Part shown: in pieces, positions 38,385 to 51,799 of the stretch
How positions within the stretch are numbered: the stretch's first letter is position 1
Layout of the letters: every line of letters starts with the position of its first letter
Assembly (NCBI RefSeq): GCF_000143415.4
Contig: NW_003314310.1
Location: forward strand, 487,236 to 551,235
Source of the DNA: Selaginella moellendorffii
Lineage: Eukaryota > Plantae > Lycopodiophyta
Length of the DNA: 64,000 nt
Direction of reading: 5' to 3'
Program-made: the position numbers and the translations under genes
The notes under the pieces: generated by a model
Databases searched by the model: none
Seen by the model: only the letters and a program-made list of their open reading frames with translations
Told to the model about the DNA's origin: nothing

Positions 38385-39303
38385 TTTTGTTATTATTTGA
38401 ACCAATTATGTAGAAAAATCCGTCATCCTCAACATAAAGTATTGTTGATTTACAGCTTGGACAATGAAAGTTTAAAAACCATATTTCTATATCTTTATTA
38501 TTAATTTTTTAGTTTCTAACTGTAACAGGCAACCAATTCCTTTATTAGTAGTCAAACTTTCCCATAAAACATGTTCCATTTTCCATGTGAAGACTAAATT
38601 GCAATTTTTATTGAGACTTAATGCATAATAACCATATGGAGAAATTAAAAGATTTAATTTGAGTTAATACGATCCTAAATCATATTTTTCACCACTCACA
38701 AGACTAGACCTGTATATCCAACAATTAAGATCTGTATTTAGATAACTTCTATGGGTATTGATCATAATATTATTGTTATTTTCAAATTCAGTACTAGGCC
38801 TCTTATATCTTCTAGTATTTAGAAGTTTATATTTGATACCAACAAAATTCAAAGTAGCAACTATATAACCATAATTTCCCACACGAGCTTCTTTTAATAC
38901 ATCTAATAAAAGGCTATTAAGTTTTCCTAGAATTTCTTCTCCTGGTGCTCCTGTTCCTGTTAAACTCATACTACACATGCCATGAGGCTTTTTACTATAG
39001 ATCGAAATGCCAACTTCAACAACTTCGTTTGCTAAATAGAGATAATCAGTCCAAGTAAATGTGCCATAGTATTTTTGTGTTTCTACTATTTTTGTATCCA
39101 TCAACTCTATTAAAGATTTTCCTATTCTGTTAATATCATCTCTATTAATATAATTGTAAAGTGAAATAGCATCCCAATTTACAACATCTGCTTCAACAAC
39201 TAGATATGCTAATTTCAAAATTAACATAAGAAGAATAATAACAAACTAATAAGGAAGAAAAGTAAGGTAATAAGCAAAAAAGCTGCCTAATAAAACAATT
39301 GTC
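38385..39303 (-). pseudogene. AT-rich unknown N-domain + bulb-type (B) lectin-like gene, copy 1 (premature stop)
   Basis: 187-aa ORF, then read-through LISPYGYYALSLNKNCNLVFTWKMEHVLWESLTTNKGIGCLLQL..EDDG (B-lectin-like); homologous to 53880-54310 and 58903-59782. Confidence 0.75.
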
Positions 39304-39353
39304 AATTAAAGTATAATGGGAAGAGAATGGTTTAGGGTTTAGGGCTTTGGAAG

Positions 39354-40800
39354 ATGATAGGTTTGGCGCGGAGGAGGAATGTGCTAGGGCGCGTGCTCCA
39401 CACCGCGGCGGTGTACAGCTTTGGCGATGGCAGCAATGGCGCCCTTGGCCAGCCCCATTCCTTCACGAACGATTCCTTTGAGCCGGCCCCAGTGCCAGAC
39501 CTGCCCCCATCGATTGCGCGCGTCGCCTGTGGCCACTACCACTCCCTAGCTCTCACGCAATCCGGCGAGCTATGGGCATGGGGGAGGAACAACGAGGGGC
39601 AGCTAGGCCGCGGCGAGAAATCCATTCTAAGGTAAGCATTCTTTTGTTTGTTGGTAAAAACAAACATCTTTCTTGCGTTTTCTCGATCCAGTGCGGCTAC
39701 TATCACTCCACAGCGAGTGAGGGGAATGGAATCCACCAGAGTTAGAGCGGCAGCGGGGTCTGGAGTGGTGTCCATGGCGATTTGCGAGGATGGATCGCTC
39801 TGGTCGTGGGGGTCGTCCAAGAGAGGCCAGCTTGGTCTCGGACTTGGAGTGACTAGATCGCTACTTCCACAAAAGATCCATGCACTGGCTGGGAAAAGTG
39901 TTCTTCAGGTGCTATAGGTACCTTCTCACACATCTTTGATCTTCCTCGAGAGTAATTCTTCTTTTTCTTCTCAAAGGTGTCGCTTGGATGGGGTCACGCT
40001 CTAGCTTGCACGATGGATGGCGAGCTATTCTCGTGGGGCTACCACGACTCTGGACGTCTCGGCTATTTGCTCCCGCAAGATCAACCTTCGATGATCCAGC
40101 CTTCGAAGAATACTCTCGATCGCAACGACGTTGGAGAGAAGATGTTGATGGAGCAACTGCGTAAAGAGGACGCCCCGATCTTGCAGTGGGAACCAAAGCT
40201 CGTGGAACTTCCAGAGCCATGCAAGATCATCCAAGTTGCCTGTGGCCTCGACCACTCTCTTGCGCTCTCCGGTAAGCATTGAAATCGTTCTTCCTCGAGC
40301 CAGATCGTTTGTCTATCGTTCTTGCAGAGAGCGGTCTACTCTTTAGCTTTGGAGACAACAGCACCGATCAACTCGGTCGCGAAATCACCGAGGATTCACC
40401 GATTATCTCCCGCGTTGGAGGCGATCTAGAAGGCAAGCAAGTAGTCGCGATTGGAGCCGGATGGGGCCACTCGTTGGCTGTCGAGAGATGCTCGAGGGCT
40501 GCCTATACTTGGGGTTGGTCGTCTGGTTCGCAGCTGGGACGCTCTGGCCCGAGCTCGGTTCCAAAAAAGCTGGAAGAACTAGACGATCCGGTTGTCTCGG
40601 TGGCTGGAGGACGCGTCCATTCGCTGGCCTTGACGTCCAAGCACCAAGTTTGGACGTGGGGGTGTGGCCGGAATGGTCGTCTTGGCCTGGGAAGCTCGAG
40701 AGACGAGAATCTGCCTGTGTTGGTGGACAGCTTGGAAGAACACGCAGAAGTTATAGACGTTTGTTGTGGATACGATCACAGTTTACTTCTCGCTCGGTGA
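39354..40800 (+). CDS. RCC1-repeat (UVR8-like beta-propeller) protein, multi-exon
   Basis: VYSFGDGSNGALG, VACGHYHSLAL..WAWGRNNEGQLG, SLGWGHALA, VACGLDHSLAL, GGRVHSLAL..WTWGCGRNGRLG. Confidence 0.93.
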
Positions 40801-40893
40801 CACGATCTAAAGTTTGAAAAGACTTGCGATCTGAGAATAAAAGCATTAGAGTTACGAGGTTTTTGTGTCTCAAAGGAGCTTACCAAATATCTT

Positions 40894-43612
40894 TCATTTG
40901 TATGTAATGCGTGTGCAAAGACAGTTGTGCGTGTTGGCCCGAAGAAAAAAAGGTGAAGAGAGCTTTGTAGTCGTCGGGGGAGTCTTTAGCCTTGACGAAG
41001 GGATTAGAGAATGCATGGCGCAGTAGCCACACGGCGCTCCTCTCATAGCTTCAAAATCTCCGGCATCCAGCTGCCTTTCCGGTTCCTTGTACTCGTAGTC
41101 ACCCACAGCTGAAAACAAGGAAACGCTCGTTCCATTGCCAAACCTTTCAACTCCAGAAAAAGAATCTTACCCAAAGAGTACGAGGCGCTTGGCAGATTGA
41201 TAACTGTAGTCTTGATCTTGGTCATAAAGTTGATGCTATTGGTCACTCCTTGCGAGCCAATTCCGCTATCGCGAATTCCCTGGTCAGATAGAAAGAAAAC
41301 TTAGGAAAAAGGACGTCCTTGCAAGTGAATTACCTGGAAGGGAAAATGATCTGGACCCCGTGCAGGAGCCGCGTTGATTTGGATAGTCCCGCTTTCCATT
41401 GCATCACTCACAAGTATCGCTTTGTTAATGTCTTTCGTGAAAACACACCCCTGCACAAATACAAGAGAAACTTCCCGTAAAGTAATTCTTCCCGTGGTTT
41501 AAAGCACAGACCTGGAGACCGTATTTGCTAGAGTTGCAGTGTTCTATGCCTTCCTCCACACTCTTGATGCGCATGACGGGAATCACAGGACCAAAGGGCT
41601 CTTCCCAAGCGATTCTCATTTCAGTTGTCACATTATCAATGAGCAGCGGCCATATTTTGTTACCTCGCCTCTTCCACCCCTGAGAAGAGAAGAAGAACGT
41701 GAAGGTTTGCCAAAGCAGCACTGTAAAAAATACTTACCTGGCAAATCTTGGCACCGTTGTCGATCGCGTCTGCTACAAGAGACTCAATGAAGTCCGCAGA
41801 TGCTTCACTAACAACGTCGACGATGTCGGTGTCAATTCTTTCTGGTGGCCCGATTTTAAGTTTCGCAATCTGTGCATTTACTTTGGAAACCAGCGCGTCA
41901 GCTATGCCTTCCATAGCCAGAACAATTTTTACTGCAGTACAACGCTGTCCACTACAAACAGAGATCCACGAAATTATTGGACTGACAAACAAAAACACAT
42001 TCCGATAGACTCACCTGTACGAAAAACCTCCCTTGATAATGTTAGTTGCTGCAAGGTCTAAATCAGCATCCTCGAGAACTATCATGGCATCTTTGCCCCC
42101 GAGCTCCATTTGTAAAGGTATCATTCCAGCTTTTTGTGAGATGGAAATTCCAGTCTCACAACCCCCTGTGAAACTACAGCGATGCAAAAGTCAATACTTT
42201 GCCTGCGATGCGAGAGAGTAGCTCACCTTATGCAGTTTACTAATGGATGCGTGGTCATATAATCACCCAATTCCGAGGCTTTGATCGTAACACACGAGAT
42301 CAGGCCCTTTGGAAATCCTGACATATGGAAACAGTGTATCATGTGGAGCGTCGAGACAGCACCCTGTGTTGGTGGTTTGATAACCACGGCATTGCCAGCA
42401 ATCAGAGCTGGTCCAATCTTGGAAACCGTAAGATTCACAGGATAGTTGAATGGAGGTATAGCAAGAATAATTCCCAGTGGCACCTGCGCAAACCATATAA
42501 TGAGAATGAAGAAAAAGAAAAGAGACGCTACCTTCGACGATAGACATAGTTTGTTCCTCTCATTTCCTGGGAACGAGTCCGAAACAAGGAACTTCCCCTG
42601 CGAGAGTATCCGGATTCCTTCTTCGGCAGTATAGGACAGCAAGTCCGCGGATCGCACAACCTGCAGTGATCCACACACAACAAAGAAAGCACCTTAGTTA
42701 AACAAAAACGGGATGCTCAAAAGCTGGTGCTTACGTAGAAACAGTAGTGCTTGTTGGTTTCATGATAATAATTTGGAAACCTCGGTGTAAGCATCCTTGT
42801 CTGGCTTTGCGACTTCTTTGATTAGGCACTCGGCAATCGCCTCCATGTTTTTCTTCTCCTTCATGACGCCCGCGACCTTGTGGAGCATTTCGGCACGCTT
42901 GAAAAGCGGTGTCTTGGCCCATGACTTCTGAGCTTCTTTGGCGCTGTGAAATGCTTTGTTCACCTCACAGCGTGTACACGCTGCATGAAATTCAGATGTT
43001 AGTCTGAAAGTAGAAAAAACAATCCTAGAGCAAGCTTAAACCGCACAAACTTTTGGTTCGTAGACAACAAAAAGATCAAACTTGACAGAAGATGGATCGA
43101 AGAAATCAAGACAAACTCTTCGAGTAATTCAAGAGAAACGAAAGAAATATCAAACAAGAAGGAATCCAATGAAAAAACAGACAATTTCAGAAAAACAACA
43201 GCAAGAGCACAGCACGAAATTTTTGGTTCGTAGACAGCACAAAACAAGATCGAACTTGCAGACATATTGCAAAAAATGATCGATCGAATGAAATCAAGAC
43301 AAACTCTTCGAGCTAAGAAAGATAATTCAAGACAAACAAAAGAAAAAATCAAACAAGAGGTAATCAAACTTTGGATCGACGAGGAACTAGATCTAAAATC
43401 CTAAAAACAGACAATGCGGCAGGACACTTACCCGTGATCGCGAAGAAGGGCTCCCGAGAAGTCGGATTGATGACAGGCAGCGACTCCTCTGACGACGAGA
43501 TTTTCCAGGCGCCATCGGCGTAGTACTTGAAGACGCCGTTGCCATCGACGATCTCGCCAAACGCATCGATCTCCTCGTCCACGCAGCAGCGGCAGTCGCC
43601 CCCAATCGACAT
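40894..43612 (-). CDS. GAPN: Non-phosphorylating NADP-GAPDH (GAPN/ALDH11 family), divergent copy with probable C-terminal extension
   Basis: LAIPPFNYPVNL, KPPTQGA, QMELGGKDA, SGQRCTAVK, WEEPFGPVIP, APARGPDHFPFQG, SINFMTKIKTTVINLPSASYSL. The last exon (40894-41110) is inferred. Confidence 0.9.
43047..43365. repeat. Imperfect tandem duplication inside GAPN intron 1
   Basis: ttttggttcgtagaca..gaaatcaagacaaactcttcgag..aatcaaacaaga at ~43050-43160 and ~43220-43360. Confidence 0.8.
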
Positions 43613-43746
43613 AGCCCTAAAATTTGAAAAAGAAAAGAGTGCTAAGACTTAACCATTATGGCTTTAGAACTATCGACAGAGAAATTTCTTTACAGCAAAG
43701 GTTAGATCGATGGATGGGGAGAAAAGAATACAACGAATTTTTCCTA

Positions 43747-45058
43747 TCAGCTATAGTCGTCGTCGGCGAGAAACCCCTGGTATGAAGTTCCATTGAGCTC
43801 CCGGAAAACTTCCTTCCAGTTGGTTATCGACTGCGAGAGTGGCCCCCGGTGGATCTTCCATTGCCTGCTTCGCAGCCTCATCACTGGAACGCTCAAAAAC
43901 TCCTGGACGGTTCGTTGCATCTCCTGGAGTTTGATCCAAGATGAAGATCGCCAAAGAAAGAAGTAGCAAGAGTTACCTTTCGGTTCTTGACAAAGTCCTC
44001 GTAGTAAATGACCAGCAAGCGGGTGCCCTCGAAAGCGCGGAGCGCGTTCTTGATCATGAGGTCGTAGCGATCCAAGTTGTTCTTCAGGAATGCGACGTCG
44101 ACGGTCGGCTTGTAAGACGCGAGGAGATCGGCCTGCAAAAGCGAGAGATCGTTTCAGCAAAGCCAGGAGATCTTATTGCTCGTACCGCCTCTTCGGAGTG
44201 GACGTGTGAGACGTGAGTTCCATTCATTGGCTGCCTGCGATCGTAGGCATTGGCGAGGATGGAGATGAGACGCTTGAGTCCATTCCGGCGAATGAGAAGA
44301 ATCACCGAAACGCCTCGTCTCTTGAAGTAGCTTGAAACCTCGCTGCGATACTCCATAGCACCCTGGAGATCACACCAAGTTAGCAAGAGAGATAAACACA
44401 GCATTACTACCAGATTACCTGGTTTAGCATCCACTTAAAGCCCACCACCGACGTGCACGAGTTCTTCGAAGCGCTGTTGTGCCAGTCGAGATTGTACAGA
44501 GCGTCGAGAGTGTGCGAAACAATGGAGAAGTTGTGGCGTCGCGGACGAACGGAAAAAATCTCGCCATGCGAGGTGATGTTGGGGTGACTGTTTAGCAGAG
44601 TCTCAAACCATCCACTTCCGGATCGCTGCGTGGACAGGATGACAAAGTTGTGCACAGGAGTACAAGCGCATTCGCCCCTGGAAGGAAGGAAGAACATCAC
44701 AAAACAAAGCGTTCAATCGAATCGAAGAAAGGAAAGGAAAGCAAAGCTCTACTCTACCTGGAGTATGTCTTGGGCCTGGGATAGTGCTGTGCAAACTCAA
44801 GCTTGGCGAATCGCTGGGGGCAGAAATCCTCCTTTCTCCAGGCTTGTAGAAGCGGATCAAGCCTCAGGCTATGGTAGCTCAGGCCATGGTCGGCTCGCGA
44901 AAGGAAGAGGTAGACTCCAAGCACTCCAGCAACGAAGAGGATCGCGAGCTTCCACACAAGGCTCACGCGCAGGAACGATTTGCCACCATCCTGGACAACC
45001 ATAGCCAAACTAAAATTAAAGAAAGGGAGAGAAGTGAGAAATCCACCTCTAATATCAT
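43747..45058 (-). CDS. NodH-like P-loop sulfotransferase family protein (type II membrane), multi-exon
   Basis: TM anchor; FVILSTQRSGSGWFETLLNSHPNITSHGEIFS; VGFKWMLNQ; RRNGLKRLISILAN; YYEDFVKN; WKIHRGPLS. Confidence 0.9.
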
Positions 45059-45521
45059 GGTCCCGCTAGAAGCACGCCTCGGCGCATCGCATCACAGCGA
45101 TCGATCGGCCCTGGCGATCAAGAACTGGAGAAATCAAACCAGATGAACAATCCGGGGATCCAAGCTTGGATCGCGATGAAGCGCATCCCCAGCCGCGGCA
45201 TTCCCTCCTCACGGGAGGAACATCCAAGAAACACGGCAAGAAGCAGCAGCAGCACCGCTCATTCATGGCGGCAGCCACGCATTTCTCCGCCGCCGCCGCC
45301 GCGTGATCCCTGTGATGATCGTCGATCCTCCTCGCTTTTCCTCTCTCTTGCCCTAATTCTCTTCGCGTGCTTCGTCAATCCCGCGCGTTTCTTGGCAATC
45401 TTCCCATCAAACAAACAAATCCGCCCGTTATGACACGGTCGACAAAAGATCCTCGTTTTGATCCCAAAAAAAAGTGTACGACTCTTCTCTTTCGATCGAT
45501 CAACGCAAGAAGTATGATAGG

Positions 45522-45870
45522 ATCTTTTAGATGATCTCTTTGTCTCGAGATTGTTTCTTCCAGGATCATCACATCTCTTCGTGTAAATTCTTGTCATACT
45601 ATCTTATTTCCTCTCTTTTTTTTATTCAAAACGAGGATCGTTTTCCTTGATTTAGATGATCTCTTTGTCTCGAGATAGTTCATCCACGATCATCGTGTAA
45701 ATTCTTGTGACTTATGTACGATCACGTTTTGATCTAAAAAAGAGAAAATAAGACTCGCAAGATCATCTGAAAGAACTTAGTATGATCGTATAGCCACAAG
45801 AATTTACACGAAGAGATCTCATGATCCTGGAAGAAACTAAGATCTCGAGACAAAGAGATCATCCATCTAG
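45522..45870. repeat. Foldback: ~75-bp inverted repeat plus internal direct copy
   Basis: gatgatctctttgtctcgagat..gtttcttccaggatcat..atctcttcgtgtaaattcttgt (45530-45595) is inverted at 45795-45862; direct copy at ~45655-45710. Confidence 0.88.
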
Positions 45871-45889
45871 AAGAAAACATAAAAAGTGG

Positions 45890-48800
45890 TTACCTGCGAT
45901 TTTTGCTAGATTTCCCGCTGACCACCGACAGCATATCGGTGTGAGCCAGCGCCGCCTCGGCGTTCTTCCGAGCTCCATTTCTCCCATGCTTGAAAACTTC
46001 CACCAGCGCCCGGACCAGCCCCTGATCCAGCGAGTAGAGCCGCGCGTGTTCTTCCACCCGGAGGATCCTCTCCACCAGGAACGCTCCCTTCTCCTGCGCT
46101 TCCCCGGATCGCTGCGTCTGGAACCACTTCATGAACGCCGCCACTCCCCTCGCTCTCGAGATCTCGCGGACTCCGGCCTCCACGAGGCTGTCACTGCTAA
46201 CCAGCGTCGAGAGAGCTTCTACCGCTGCGATCTGGACAGAGGCTTGCTCTTCGTCCTCCTCGAGCAGCTCCACGAGCAGGCCGATGGCTCCGGCCTCTCG
46301 CAGGCAAAAGTTGGCGTCGGGATCACACCGTCTCTTGTGGATCGAACACACCGAGTCGGCGAGAATGGCCTGATCCAGCGACGAGTTCTTCGAGGAGAAG
46401 CACGAGAAGAGGTTGTCCATCCAGTTGTTTTTCCTCCTGGAGCTTGAGCTTGCCATCACCTCTGGGGATAGAATCAGGCCTCTCTCGGACAAGTACCCGA
46501 GTCCAGTGGCTGCTCGTTGCTTCGCCACCCAAGCCCGGCCTTGATGGAGCTGCAGTACCTGCTTGAATTGCGAGAAGAGCTTGCTTTGCTTCATCGCGTC
46601 GATCGTTTGAGAGTCCCGGCAGCGAGTAAAGTGAAGAAGCACTCCCAGCAGGGCCTCCAGCATGGATGAAGTCACGCGAGCTGATCCCATTCTTCGCGTT
46701 TTGAGCTCTTCGATAGTGGCCAGACTCCAGCTTATCATCTCCAGGCCGAGGAAGTTGATCGTCTCGTGCTCTGTGAGAGGAATGTTGGCGATGATGGACG
46801 CGGCAAAGATGCTCTCCTCGGCGTTCTTGAGCTTGACTATCTCTTTAAGGCTCTGGAGGTGCCTGGTTTCAGCGATGGCTTGACTTATCTCTCTGCCGGC
46901 TCTTGCTGAAAGAACACTGAGTAAGCTGAGAAGATGTTGCCGATGCGCGTCATCGCTGGTTGGGAGAAGAGTGAGGATAATGGCGATGCCGTTTCCAGTG
47001 ACGACGTGCTTGACAGCATTATCTGTCGGCAAAAACATAAACTATGCCAAAGATGGATCGCGGAAGGATGGAAAAAAGAAGAACATTACCTGCGGCTTGT
47101 GGTGATGAAGCGACTCCAATAAGAATTTTCAGGAGCTTTGCTGTTCCAATCTGGCCCAACCGATGACAAGAGCCCCAGGAGTCTGTGCACAAAGTACTCC
47201 GACTGGACTAAATTCCCTTCGGAGTCGATCTGCACTGTCTCCCAGCTGCCAGCGACGGCGACGACGTTGGCTAGTGTCGTCGCAGCCTTTTCCTTCGAAT
47301 TTCCTCGCAAGCGATTCGATGAAGTTGGAACTGAGAGGATGATTTCAACCACTGGGGGCAGTATGCCAGCTTTCACTAGAACTGGAACGTTCTCTTCCAG
47401 GGATGAGAGGTTCAGCAGCGCACCTATGGCCGCCTCTTTTTGCATGGAATTGGCTGATAGCATATGAACAAGAACTTTTCCTGCTTTCCTGGCGACAAAC
47501 TCTTTCTGGCTGTTGACAAATATCTTCTCTGCGAGATACTCGGCCATTTCGATCTTTGTAGCTTCTGGTCCTGTAGCAAAACAATCAGCCATGAGTAAGA
47601 ATTATGTAAACTACTATCAGTACCTTTGCAAAGGCGTGTGATCAATGGCTCAAGCCGCCCAGCCTCAGCCATCTCCCAAACGTTTGAATCTATTTGTTCC
47701 AGATTTCTTAACGTCCTGTCCGCAAGGACCGATAGGGAAGCGTTTCCCGAAGAGTTCGAAGAAATGCCAAGAAGATGAATGAGCGCTCCTTTCTCTTTGC
47801 CAATCAGCTTTGCAAACTCTGGCTTCTTTGATATCTCTAGCAAAAGCTTGAGAGCACCCTCCACCTCGTAAACGTGGCTGCTCGAAAGGCTTCTCACGGC
47901 GGCCTTCAATACTCCTGCTTCAACCAAACACTCCTAAAGAAATATCCATCAAACATGGAGAAAGAAAAGAGGAAAGAAACTTACTTGACTGTCGATGTCG
48001 TCAGCAGCAATTCGTTGCAAAATATACAGCGCCTTCGTTCGAACTTGTGAACCACCCGCCAGCCTCTTCCTCCAAAATTCCAGCGCCGAGGAAGTAAAGT
48101 GAGATTTTCCAAGCCTGTACTGAGTCACCGGCCCGTCCCCACAAACCTTAAGAATGCTATCCAAGGCTTCCTCCACACCCGCCAAACTCTTCATGGAGGA
48201 GCTCTTCGAGAGTTGAGACAACGCCTTGTGAATTCGTATCCTAGCGTTCCTCTGGCACCATTCCTCGATGGTATGCCTCAGCATGATGTTGCTTCTCATC
48301 TCCGTGGATGCCAGCAGCACACCAGTGGCCGGGCAAGTCACGGATCGTCCCTCTTCAGCGCAGGTTTTGAACCATCTCTCAATCGCGCTGCGCTCGTAAG
48401 TCAGCTCCGACTGGATCATAACCGGCTCCTTCATGATCTGCTTCGTCAGCGGACACACGAACGACTCGAACGGTTGCAGAGGCTCCTCTTCAGCAGACTC
48501 CTTGTAGCTATACATGCGTGTGAGCTGCGGCTCGGCAGTAACTTGCTCCACGATCTTGAGAATGTTCCGCATCTTATCAAGCTCTCGATCCATGCTGACA
48601 TCGACCATCGTCACCTCCTTCTTCAAAAGCTGGACTTGCTCTTCTAATGCTCGAGAATTTGTCGGCTCTACTCCAATCAGCCGCGCGAGGTCTCTCCAGA
48701 GAACTCCCACGATGAGAAAGTCATACTTGACCTCCTTTTCTAGAGCGTCAAGAGAGCTTTTCTCGGCATCAGTCACCTAGACAAAGAAAACATAGATCTC

Positions 48801-49261
48801 AAAGTCAACAAACCAAAGAAGAGGAAGAGGAAAAAAAAAATACTTACGTAGAATCTAGCGTGTTGCATCTCCGTGGAAAGGTCTTCTATCCTCCGCTTAA
48901 GCTCCGACAATCCACCACAATTTAGTAAAGAGATCCACTTCCCAAGACTCTGGGTCAAGTCTTCCATGGTCTTGGTCAGCGCGAGGCAATGCGTGAGAAC
49001 GAAAAACTGGCTCCTCTCCTTGTAAGCCTCTAGAACCGACTCGCCCCTCTGGAGCTCCCTTCCAATCCCAACCAGCGCCGTCGCCAGCGTCACTGGCAAT
49101 TCCCCGTCCTGCCCGGCATCCAATTGCTCTAGAATCGGCTGGAGCCGCTCGCAAAATCCCACAAATCTCCGGATGCACTCGCGCTTGGACAGCATTCCCA
49201 GCGACGCGTTGGAAATCCTGTCGATCCGATCAAGAACCTGGCCCAGACTACCTAGCTCCAT
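45890..49261 (-). CDS. U-box/ARM-repeat E3 ligase (PUB42/43/44 SAUL1-like), multi-exon
   Basis: U-box ESFVCPLTKQIMKEPV..TYERSAIERWF..CPATG..NIMLRHTIEEW; ARM repeats MAEAGRLEPL and CSIHKRRC..FCLREAGAI. Confidence 0.93.
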
Positions 49262-49456
49262 CGCTGATCAATCGATTGCCGCCGCCGTGTCGCGAATCAA
49301 TCCATTGCCTGAGAGAAGGATAACCTAGGATATCGATCGTTGGCCGCCAAACCCTGGCTGCAGGAACGTGCAAACGCGCACCAAGCAAGCAAACGAAGCA
49401 TTAAATGTTACCATCCCAGTCCACCTGGCAGATGGCCAGCCGTTGATTCCATCCAT

Positions 49457-49522
49457 GACAGCTTAAGGTGTTGGATTTAGGCTCCAATCCGGGAGGGCGT
49501 GGGTTCGAATCCCATAAAGTTT
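49457..49522 (+). pseudogene. tRNA-Leu(UAG) pseudogene (D-arm deleted, acceptor end degraded)
   Basis: gacagc..taaggtg TTGGA-TTTAGGC-TCCAA tccgggagggcgtGGGTTCGAATCCCa. Confidence 0.8.
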
Positions 49523-49554
49523 CTACAAATCCTTCTTCCTTCTGAAATGTTCAC

Positions 49555-49845
49555 AATTTCGCCCCCACAACACTTCACTTTTCTTCTCATGCAAATGTAT
49601 GACAAGTGTGGCGGCCTCAATGACGCACTCACGGTGTTTGAATCCATTTTGAAGCCCAATGAATTCTCCCGGACAATAATCCTCACTGCATTTGCCCAAA
49701 CGACGCCACAAAGGAGTACTTTGACGAGGCTCTGATTAAAACCCTTTCTTCTTACAATGAGATGATAGTTGGCTATGGACACCAGAAACACATCCGTTTA
49801 CATGACTCCAGAGATCTCGAATGGGCGTCTTTGATGCTTGAACGG
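49555..49845 (+). pseudogene. Deleted partial duplicate of the 5' part of the PPR gene at 54641
   Basis: Shares gtgtttgaatccat..gcccaatgaattctcc..ggacaataat, aaggagtactttgac..attaaaaccctt, tggctatggacaccaga and tctcgaatgggcgtctt with 54800-55260. Confidence 0.9.
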
Positions 49846-49949
49846 GTCGAATGCAATGATCTGCAGGAACTGAACTCTCAAGGTAGATAGAAACAAAAAC
49901 AAAGTTTTGATAAGTCCTCTATTAGGCGAGGAGATGACGGGGATGATAC

Positions 49950-51700
49950 TTCAAGAGGCAAAATGGAGGTAAGCTTTTTTTCAATAGCATTATCTTTTGC
50001 TGTCGTAATTCAGAGATGAGAATCAGCTGCATGGATCTTTATGTGGCCTATTTGAGCAAGGAACATTTTGGGCATAAAGGATATTTTGTGAATTGGAATA
50101 TTAAAGAATCTTCTCATTTCTTGGGACTTAAAAGTGGAAGGAAGAATGCTATAATCTAACCTGGATTTGTTAGGATCTTACTGGTGCTAAAGAGTAAGGT
50201 GGCCTCTAAAATCCTTTTAATGACTGAAATATGAAAGACATTGATGGTCTGAATTCATATGGAAGTCCAATCTAATATCACTATTCCTTCACAATAATAA
50301 TCACAATATATAACTTTTTGTCTTAAGTAAACCAATTTTGTTATGTGGCATTAAACTTTTGGCTCATATATATGAGAAGATGTTTAACTTCAACTAATAG
50401 ACAACTAACATGGCATCTATCTCAACTTTGTGGAGTCAAAAATCTTTAACACTTCAGCAAAAACATAATACTGCTCCAACTACAAAAACACCACTTGGCA
50501 CTTCTTATCCCAACCACAAATTATAATATGCTTCAACATGTTCTAAAGAAGATTGGTCAGGAAAGTAATTATCTCTGAGAAGCCTTTAATAAATTGTCAA
50601 AAAAACTCTAACTATACCAAGGCACTATAGAGATCATACACTATTGAAGGGACAAGCTGGTCAACCATAACCTGAATCTACTTATTGGATAAATTTGAGT
50701 AGAGCTTGTTGTCCCTCAAGATATTATTAAAGTAATTAATCATAAACTTCTCTAAATAAGGCTATAAAACTTTATTCAGTCTTTAAAGAGCTATGGAAGC
50801 ATTTATCAAACCAAATAGGATCACCAAGAACTCATAATAATATATACTTGTTATCTTTGGGACATCCTCAAACTTCATAAAAATCTAACACAAATTGAAA
50901 AGGGGCCAACCATAAATTATAGAATATTCTTAAAATATTCTTATGGTTTATATTATTCTCCCCTCCTCATGAACAAACCATAAACAATAGTCTTGAGAAG
51001 TTAAATGAGCCTCACAAAAGGAGTCCAAAGCAAAATAGCTATAGAAAAAAGATGTGCAAACAACAACACAAACATCATGAAAAATGTTAATGAAAAAAAG
51101 AAAGTAATATGGCTTTTTTTCATGATAAAAAAGTTATAGAAAGAATAGAATGAGAATAGAGCAATAACTAAAACTATATAGTAATATAACTAAGTGTTAT
51201 GTATTTGTCATTTCTCTATATTTACTGATTAATATATTCACTACTATTGACTAAAGTAGAAATTGAATCCTGGCTGAGGGTTGGACAAGATTAGTTTAGA
51301 GCCCTTATAAAAATTTGTCAATCTTCCCTTCTCTGAACAATGAGCTTCTGACATATAAAACTCAATTCTCCATCTAAGTCATAATCAACACTTTAAAGCA
51401 CTCTCTTTTCGTTATTCTAGCTTCTTATATAGCCTCATCCAAAGAATAGTCATTCCATTGAATTAACAACTCCCAAGTTATCTTATGACATGTCTTCATC
51501 AACCTTTGAACAAGAATTTTGGTTAGCTTAACCTTCTTAGCATCAATCTTTAAAACATATTTTAAGTTTACTTATATGGAATGTTGAATGAATCTTTGAA
51601 TTAGCTGGCATGTTTAAAGTGTAAGAAAGAGCTGCAAAATTGTCTAAGGCCTATTGAAACAATTAGCATTCCCACCTTTTAGAGAAGGGATATTGTTCAT
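49950..51700 (-). mobile_element. Degenerate Ty3/gypsy pol remnant (RT region)
   Basis: Minus strand ~50720-50880 reads EDVPKIT..YYEFLVILFGLINA..PYLEKFMINYFNNIL (decayed YEFLVMPFGL..VYIDDIL). Confidence 0.75.
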
Positions 51701-51799
51701 TTCACCAAGAATATCAATAAAACAAAAGTTTGAAATTGGCATATACAATGAGGTGAGTATGGCAAGGTACCCTTCTTCTCTCTTTCCTTGTATTTCTCA

